NCBI GenBank assembly: GCA_977016875.1
Contig: CDRNST010000031.1
Span: 806,001 to 870,000 of the forward strand
Length of the DNA stretch: 64,000 nt
Origin: Pavona decussata
Lineage: Eukaryota
Direction of reading: 5' to 3'
This document shows, piece by piece, positions 53,901 to 62,900 of this stretch (positions are counted from its first letter, which is position 1; each line of letters begins with the position of its first letter). The translations under genes and the position numbers were made by a program. The notes under the pieces are model-generated. The model had not been told where the DNA came from and made no database searches. It worked only from the letters and a program-made list of their open reading frames with translations.

Positions 53901-56900
53901 GCTAAACTATTTCAAGAACTAAGCTGATAGGAACGGCTTCAGGTTAAGAAAGAGAAAAAACTCCCGCCGTGTGCTCACGGTCTTTGAACTAGAAACTTCA
54001 CGTTGTTGTCTTGCAGAAAAATGGAAGAAATGTAGCAAGATTCATAACGCAAGTGCAAAACATTGCTATTTCATAAACCTTTTTTTTGGTGACCTTCTCC
54101 ATCGTGTCTGCAGAATTGAAGTTCCAACAATAATTTCCTCACCTGTTAGCACAAGCACCATAATTTTCATGGCCAGTTCTTTTGGATCTTCTTCCGCAGT
54201 AGCCTCTGTCACATTATGGGGAGTGAAATCAGTCAACTCATTAGCATTAGCCTCTTGGCCAATAACAACACTGACAAGCAAAATGTCATCCTCCTTGAGA
54301 CGATCGGCTTCATCCTTGAGGTCATCATAACTGCTGTCAGAGGCTCTATCAGAGATAACCACAATCACTTTGCGAGCGTTGGGTCTTCCACCGTCTTTAA
54401 AAAGTCTCCTGGCTTCTTTGAGTGCATTGTCAAGGTCGGGGATTCCAAACCTGGGGAAGAGCTTACTAACAGCACTTTCAAGATTCTTGTTCAAACTTTG
54501 TTGGATGGGGATTGTTTCTGTGTCACGTCCAAACACGACCACACCTACTCGAATCACGTCCATTGAGTAGGTGTCAAGGACTGCATTTATCGTCTCTTTC
54601 ATTTGCTTGAAGTTGTTGAGCCACTTTTGTGACGTTGCAGTGATTGCAAATACGATGTCAGTTTCAGGGATGCGCTGCTCCTCTATAAATGCAAAAAAAT
54701 ACAGTTAGTGTCTCTGTGAGAAACCTACTACTGGACCCGCAAATAGTCTCATCTTTACTAACTAAAAAGCCTGTCAGGTGCGTTGATCGATTTAACAAGT
54801 AATAATTCAACGACCTAAAAGTCAGTTTAGCAACCTCTTACTTTTGACCGCTACGTTTTGGCCACATATTTTGGATTCTCCATTAACCCAAATTCAATAG
54901 TCTACGTCTTCAATACATTACTCTCTAAGGAAACAAATGCTTTGAACTTTACCCTAACGTTCATAGTCACGGCTTAAATTAACTTTAACGTTGACACGAA
55001 ACTATAAGGAACAGTGGGGAAGTTTTCCAAGAATGTTTGTAGTACACCGACAATGTACAGTCGATGGTTAAGTTAACTATGAGTCCAAAGTTGCAGTGTT
55101 AAGATTAAACTCCAGGTCAAATATGACTGAGGTCGGCAACAGTCATGCCAGCCATTACGAGCGGCAATGATTCGGTAAAACAATTACCGAGTGTCAGTCG
55201 AAGAAGAGAGAGTTAGAATTCTGGACTGAAATTAAAGTGTGTTATTATTGGGTGATTAGAAGTTAAAAAATAAAGCGAAACCAGTGCTGAAACGATTAGG
55301 CAGCGATTGGCAACTTACCACCAAAGCTCTTCTCCATGATCTTCTTTGCAAGTTCCTCTGGTAAAATGTCTTTCGATTCTTCAATAAGATCGTCTTTATG
55401 AGCAGTTATTTTCTCTAATTCTGAAGGATCTGCTTCATCACCAATCGCCACTGGAACGATAATCACATCTTCTCCATACAACTCCTTGGCAGCTTGCAAC
55501 TTTTTCATATCATCTGCATCACCAATAGACTCGTCATCTACCAACACTACTAGCACTCTCTTAACTCCAGGTCTGCATTAGAACAAACAAAACAGTTAAA
55601 ATGTAGTGTTTAACCAGGAAATAAACAATTCATGAAAAAACCCTTCGTTTACCCTCGGCAGTGTTTATAGCACCAGTGCTAGTGGGGCCGAGCATTAAAC
55701 TTCACTAAGAAATACTTCAAGGATGGCAATACACAGCTCCACGTACGGCTTTCGGGTCGAAGAGGTGACTGGGGGCTATGACATGCTGATGAGGTCTAAC
55801 AAGGACAGCTGCCTATGGCTTCCACTACCTGGGTAATATTGCTGTGCACATGCGTAGAGGACTGTCCATGTGTAGTGTGACCCTGGAATTTCACGACAAG
55901 TGAAAACGCCAGTGACGGATCTAGAGAAGGGGTCCAGTACTCCATCTAATTCTCAAAGAAAACAGAGCCTGGAAGGCCAAATCTTTTTAAATCAAGCTGA
56001 AACGTGTTCACCCCGGGTCCGCGAGAACCAACCTTACACGAAGCTTTGGATCCCCCATTGAACACGATCGTTTTATATGCGACAAAGCCGATAAGAGGCG
56101 TTTGCCATAAAGGTTAACTAGTTTACTGGTACAAAAGTCGACAATCGTCCGAGTTTCTCATATATACAAGCATTTATAGTCGTCAGAAAAATTTGTACGT
56201 TTCTTAATTGACAAAGTTATGGAAGTGGTTTCTCAGCATAGCAGAAGTTTGAAACCATTAACGTTTAGAAACAAATTCGACAATACAGAATTCTCGTGTT
56301 CAAATTGTCTTTTTTAACAAGAACAAATTTATTGGAAAAGCTTAAAGTAGATGTAATAACTTATCTTGGTTTCTAGCATGCTTTTACAAAACACAAACGT
56401 GTCGAACGTACGCAACTATACAATTTGTTACCTTTTAGGCACTTCATCAAATACTTTTTTTGCTTCTTGCAAGGCCACATCAATTCTTGGACCACCGCTG
56501 GGTTGGCGAATGCTGTTAATATAGGATATTAGGGTCTCTGAATCCTGGTTTTGGTTTCTGAAACTGATGACAGTCTGCGCTTGATTTCCAAACACAATGG
56601 CTAAGAGGTGCAGTTTGACGACGCCATACTTGTTGATGATCTCAGCTATGGTGTCTCTCATTAACTTGGAAGTTAAACTGGAATCTGAACTTGTTGCACT
56701 AAATGCAAAACAGAGCTCAATTTCTGGCGTGGGTTTAAGACCTGAAATATAAAAACGTGACATATAAAATACCGTCAAGTTGTGAATGGACGCCCTGGGC
56801 TTACATTCGTTCAAAGGCGTTTTTATAAGGAACTTATTTACACGCCGGGGGGGCTTACCTTAGAGGTAACTTTGCGCTTGAAATTCCTTAGACTTTCCAA

Positions 56901-59900
56901 GCACACAATCGGCTTATATTTGGAGGCGGGGGGAAGAAAGGAGTATTTTCTGGAGTATTTTAGCCTCTGAGATTTAGGGGGCTTAAATGTCCTGAAATTT
57001 GTTTTTTTTTTTTGGGGGGGGGGGGGGAGGGGGGGAGGAGTTTCCATCGTGAACGATCTAGACTTAACTTTAGAGACGGACAAGGGCTGAGAGGTCACCC
57101 TTAAAAACTCACAATTTTCCGATAGCTTTTAAAGTCTCAAAATTGTAAAGAGCGAAGCAAAGGGCACCAAAGAGAAAAGCTCCTCAACGTTTTATACTTG
57201 ACTGAACAAAGACCACAAAATCAAAAATTCAACCACACACGTCCTGGTTTCTTGTATCTTTGAATGCAGGGATTATAAAACAACAACAAACAATTTCTGA
57301 GACCTACCTTCTTTTAACACGTTGTCAATCTTTTTGACAACTTCCTTGGGATTTTCACTGCTATTTGTAGAAATGACACTTTCTTTGTTCGGAGTGACAA
57401 GTTCGCACGTCTCAGGAACATAACTCATATTCAAAACAACAGCGACAATCTGAATGCCTTCATCTTCCATTTCCCTGGCGACTTTAGCGGCAGCAGACCC
57501 TCCCGTGTCTCCAGTTGGCTCTGCGTCAGTGAAAATAACAACAACCTTCTTAGCGTGTGGTCGGCTGCCAGACCCATTTGCGAACAGCTTCTTAGCCTCT
57601 GCTAGAGCGAGATCCATCCTTGAACTGATGCCTGCTCTCGGAAGGATGTTCCTTATGACTCCTTTAATTTCACTATCCGAAGAGTACTTGGTCTGGAAAG
57701 TGCTGATTGTTTTCACTCCAGAGTTGTAAGTAAGAAAGCTATAGCCTGTTTCACTAATAGGATGCTTGTCCAGGAACTCAAGACTTATTTTCGTGAACAT
57801 TGGTATGTTTTGTGTTCCAACCGAGACTGCCATGACAACGTCAACCTCTTCTCCTTTCAGGGCTGTAAAACAAAAGGTTATATTTTTTTCTTTCAACTTG
57901 TCTCACAATTTTGTTGCGACACAAATTGCACGAACCGTTGCCTAGTGTAACATGCCCTGAAATGAACATGACCCGCACTTTTTTGTTGCAGCAACCATTG
58001 CGAAAGGTAGAAGTTGGTTCTACTTCATGCAACAGTGACTGCACAAAAAAAAGGCAAGACATATTCATTTCAGGGCATGTTAAACTACCCAACGTTCCGT
58101 GCAACTTGTGTCACAAAGGTGCAACGAAATTGCGAGACAAGTTGCAAGAAAAATTGCCTGGTGAAACAGTGCCTTTAAAATCCCTCTTTAAGCGATATAC
58201 TTTCCTTCCGAAAAAAGTGTTTCGAAAGTTTCGAAAGTTTGAGATGACATTTGGCTAACGAATTTCTGAGGCGGTTAAGGCCTCCCCAACAGATATTAAA
58301 CTGAAGCTACCCGTTGGGTACCTCTGTCTTGAAGTACTACTTTCTCGAACAAATGTTTCGTTCAGTTCCCTTGAGTATTCGAGCGGTAGCAAACCTTTAT
58401 TAGGATGAAATATCGTGAACAATAGTTACGGCTAATAGCTGCTCAAGTGAAAACATGACCGTCTTCCATATTACATTTACCTTTAAATACTTTGTTCATA
58501 ATCTTGGTTTTCAAGTCCGTCAGGTCAACATCGGTGCTGGCGTTCACCATGTTTCTTTTCTCAGAGGTCGTCGCCTCAAGTTCAGCATGGTCGACCTCAT
58601 CACCTATTGCAACTGGGATAACTTTAATTCCGCCTTCTTCCAAAAGCTTTGCACTATCCTTGATATCATCCAACTCGCTGATGGACTTCTTATCCATGAT
58701 CACCACAAGTACTTTTCTTGCATTTGGACGTTCTTTTGCGTTGTCAAACAGTTCTTTTCCTTTCTTAAGAGCTCCGCCTAAAGCAGGAAGCTCGTTAGGC
58801 CCAGATAGGCCACTGATAAAGGCTTTGAGGTCTTTATCGCTAGGAAAGTCATCTTCAAAACTAATTTGAACTGACGCGCTTGTTCCAAACACAACGACTC
58901 CATAGCGCAGTTTATTCATGGAGTAACTGTCAACGATTGCTTTTATCACTTCCTTGGTCTTTTCAAAGTTGTCGTCTGCTTCCACTGATGCAGCGCTAAT
59001 TGCAAAAGCAAGATCTACCTCTGGAATTGTTGGAAGATTCAGGTCTGTGGGAAAATTGGGAAACAATAATAAGGAGAACGAAAAGGACATGGTGTGTTGC
59101 ATAAAGACATTCAAAAGGTTCTCTAGTACATGACCTCAAAATGTTTCAATCGTTTAACCTTAGCTGGACAGGTTTCCAACAGCTGGACTCCATTGAATTA
59201 TGTCTGAAAGGAATCAGAAAAACTACGAACCCAATTTGAAATGCCTTATGAAGAACACCCAGAATTTAGAACAGGCAATGACTGGTAAAAGAGCAGCCAG
59301 TCAGCATTCTTAAATTCCAATTTGATTTGAAGAATGTCCCCAATAAGTGCTCTGCGCTAAATACATTGGCACTGAAATATGTATATATTTCATATTTGGA
59401 TAACTACAACAATCGGCTACAATTTTGGAAAAAATAGTCATCTTGTTTTATCAGCAGGCTTTTTGTCGCACAACAATCGCCGAAAGAACAGAAGAAACAA
59501 GAAATCTTTACCGTATAGATGGAATAATACGGTAGGTTCATGAGTTGCAAATCGGTTACCAAAGAAACGCTTATAGATCTCCCCCTCCCCCTTGCCAAGA
59601 AAACTGTTAACATCCTCGAGAAGAGAACGTGACAGCTGTCCAGGGCAAAAAAAAGTGAAGCATAGACAATGAATGCAACTCTTGATATTCAATAAATAGA
59701 GGTAACTGTTACTTACTTTCTCTAACTTTGTCCATAATTTTCTTTCCAAGGCTTTCCGGGTTCTCTTTCGTTGGTACTTCGACGATGTTTTTCTTATATG
59801 GAGTAGTCTTCTCAAGTTCTTCGCGATTTACTTGGCTGCCAATGCCAACCGGGATGACCTTCACTTCCGAGTCTTCCAATGCGATGGCAGATTTCAAGAC

Positions 59901-62900
59901 GTCTTCTTCAGTACTACCAGAACTGTTATCCACGATAATTACCAGAATCTTCTTGGCATTAATGCGAGCACCAGGTGCTTCAAATGCCTTCTTTGCTTCA
60001 GCAAGTGCTAGATCCAAGTCAGGTGTACCAGCAACAGCTGATAGGCTCTCAAGCTTCTCAATCAGTGCTTCTTCATCTGGGAATGTGTCTTGAAAGTCGA
60101 CAATTGTTCGTGTTTCTGCTCCATAGGAGACAACAGTGTAATGTATGTTCTCAGCTCCATGTGTTGACACAATGGACTGGATGGTATCTTTCATTAACTG
60201 CAGGGTGTCCTCTGCTTCTGTTGAGGAGGTACTGACTGCAAAGACTATGTCAATGTCCTCTCGGTCGAGTGGATCTGATACTATCAGAATAAAAAAATTC
60301 ATTATTTTACATCATATTAGGTCAGATATTATTGCTCGTATCAAGCTCTTGTGATATCTAACTGGGTTTTAACAATGGCAATTTTTAGGTTTAGAACTCA
60401 TTCATTAGCTCTCAGAGAGAACTTACTATTCAAGCAAATCCCGGAAATTACGAACTGAAAATCGACTAAAACGTGTAGAGAGGAATGCAGCAAATACAAC
60501 GTTTCGATGTCATTATGTTATCATTTTCAAGCTTATCCAGAGGCAACACTTAACTTTAAGCTAATTTATTGTAACAAAAAATTTGCCAAGATGCGCGAAA
60601 CCTTTTCTCATAAAAAAAAACACACTTACCCTTCAAGATTGTTTGAATTATCTGCTCCCCGGTCTCTCCTGGACCCTCGTCAGTGGTAGTGTTCAACGAA
60701 TCACCGTCTGTAGGCGTAAGACCTTCCAAGTCTTTTTGATCAACATCATCTCCAACTGCAACGGTTATTATCGTCACGAGCTCGTCAGTTAAGTCATTGG
60801 CAATGCCCTTTGCAGCCTCCTTATCTCCTGATGAATTATCGTCTGTGATCACTACCAATACTTTCCTTGCAGCTGGTCTTACACCGTCGTCTTCAATAAA
60901 CAGTTGTTTGGCTTTATGCAGTGCTTTATCCAATGCCGAATCCCCGGGAACGTCTGGTGCCGATCTCATCAGATTCACCAGCTGGTCCGGGTCTGTGACT
61001 CCGTCAGAAAATTTCAGAACCACCGAGGGTTCATCTCCATATTGAACAACTGCATAGTGGATCAGGTTTGTACTGTAATTCTGCATAATATCCATGATGA
61101 CGTCTTTCATGTATGAAAAGCTGTTGGAGGCTTGAGCACTCACAAGAAACATCAAGTCTATCTTTGGAAGCCACATTCTCTCTGTGCAAAAGAAAAAGTA
61201 GACAAGTAAGGACCTCTTTCAGCTAGAGAGTATTTTCACTGTTGATTACGAGAGGCGAAATTTGCTTCTACAGCATATGTTTTTCACGAAACTGGGAAAC
61301 ATTTGAGTAAGTCTGGCCATTCTCTTAGCCTCCTCATAAAATGCAATTTTCTTACAGCCAGTACTTACTTTTAAGCATTAAGTCCACTATCTTGTCTGCA
61401 AGGTCGTCAACGTCATCGTCCTTGCTTGCCTCAATTACGTTTTCCTTGTCTGGAGTTGTAACCCTCAGCTGCGGTAGATAAACTTCAACACCTATTCCGA
61501 CAGGAATCACCTCGATCTCTTCTTCTTCGAGTTCTCTAGCATTGCTCTTTATTTCCCATGGCTTGCTGTCAGATCGATCATCACATATAATAACAAGCAC
61601 TTTCTTCGCGTGTGGTCGCGCCTCTGCAAATACTGTCTTCGCTAATGACAGTGCTTGATCCAGGTCTGGTGTCCCGCTGTTTGGCGTTAAGTTGTCAATG
61701 AGTTGCTTCAGGTCGTTCAGATCTGTGATCTTTTCATCAAAGTTAAGCCTGACTGATGCCACATCTCCAAACACAATGATTGCAGGGCGTATGCTGTCAA
61801 CTCCATGCTTTTCAAAGATGGATTTTATCACTTGTTTCATAACGAAGAAAGTCTGCTGGGAATCACTTGCAGTGGCACTGATGGCAAACACAACATCTAC
61901 ATCTTGAATAGGTTTCGCTGAAAGAAAAAAGGAGAATGGCAAAAGTCATTGCTTAACATTTGTATTGCATTTGGTTCAATCTTTACTAACGGTGCTTTGT
62001 ATTCATTTAGCGGACAATTCGAAGTATTTCACTTTAATGTACTAGATGACTATACCTTCACCATGATTAACATGTAATTGGCCATTATACTTATATTTTA
62101 CCGCCAGTTAGGCCTCATTAAAACCGGCAAAATGTACCAAATCATTACCAATGAAAAGCAAATAGGGAGGGCACTTTTGGTAAGGTGCGGTTAGATTTGG
62201 CTCGTAATCGTATTACAAGCCAATATATTGATGTTGAAAAGCCCCTCCCCGCCCTCCCCGTTGAAGAAATATGCTATATAATGTTATCAATTATTTATAA
62301 TTATTTATAATTATTTATTTATGAATTATTATTTGTTACGAATTATTTATGAATTATGCTATATAATGCTATGAATTATTTAGCTATCCAGACAAATTGC
62401 TCCGCATGTTTATTTTTTCTTATCATGAAAATATATTGTATTTCATTCGAATAAGTGCGAATAAAATTGAATTGAATTGAATTAACTCAACAAGGAGCTT
62501 CGCTTGACAAGGGCCGAAAACTGAAAGTGAGTAACACGAAAGCGAACAGAAAGAGCGTCTTCCTGTGCAAATCGCATAATTTCGCTTAAGTTACCTTGTC
62601 TTATTTTGTCCATTATGTGTTCCCTTATCTTTCCTGGTTCATCAGTGTTTGAACAGTGTTTGACGTTTTTCTTAGATCCAGAAGCGATGGCCAATTCCGC
62701 AGAATCTGCTTCACTACCAATAGCAACAGCAAACACACGAATGTCTTTATCATCGAGATAATCTGCTGCAAGTTTTATTTCCCTTGGACTACTGCCTGAC
62801 TTGACGTCTGTGATAACAACCAACACTTTGTCGGCGTTGGGGCGACCGGGGATCAGCAGCTGCTCACCAAGCTGAAGAGACTTGGCGAGGTCCGGCGTAC

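Noticed and set aside
57001-57040. T-run/G-run as a regulatory G-quadruplex (also 12676-12709)
   Set aside because: Simple homopolymer tracts in introns, error-prone in assembly, with no evidence of function.
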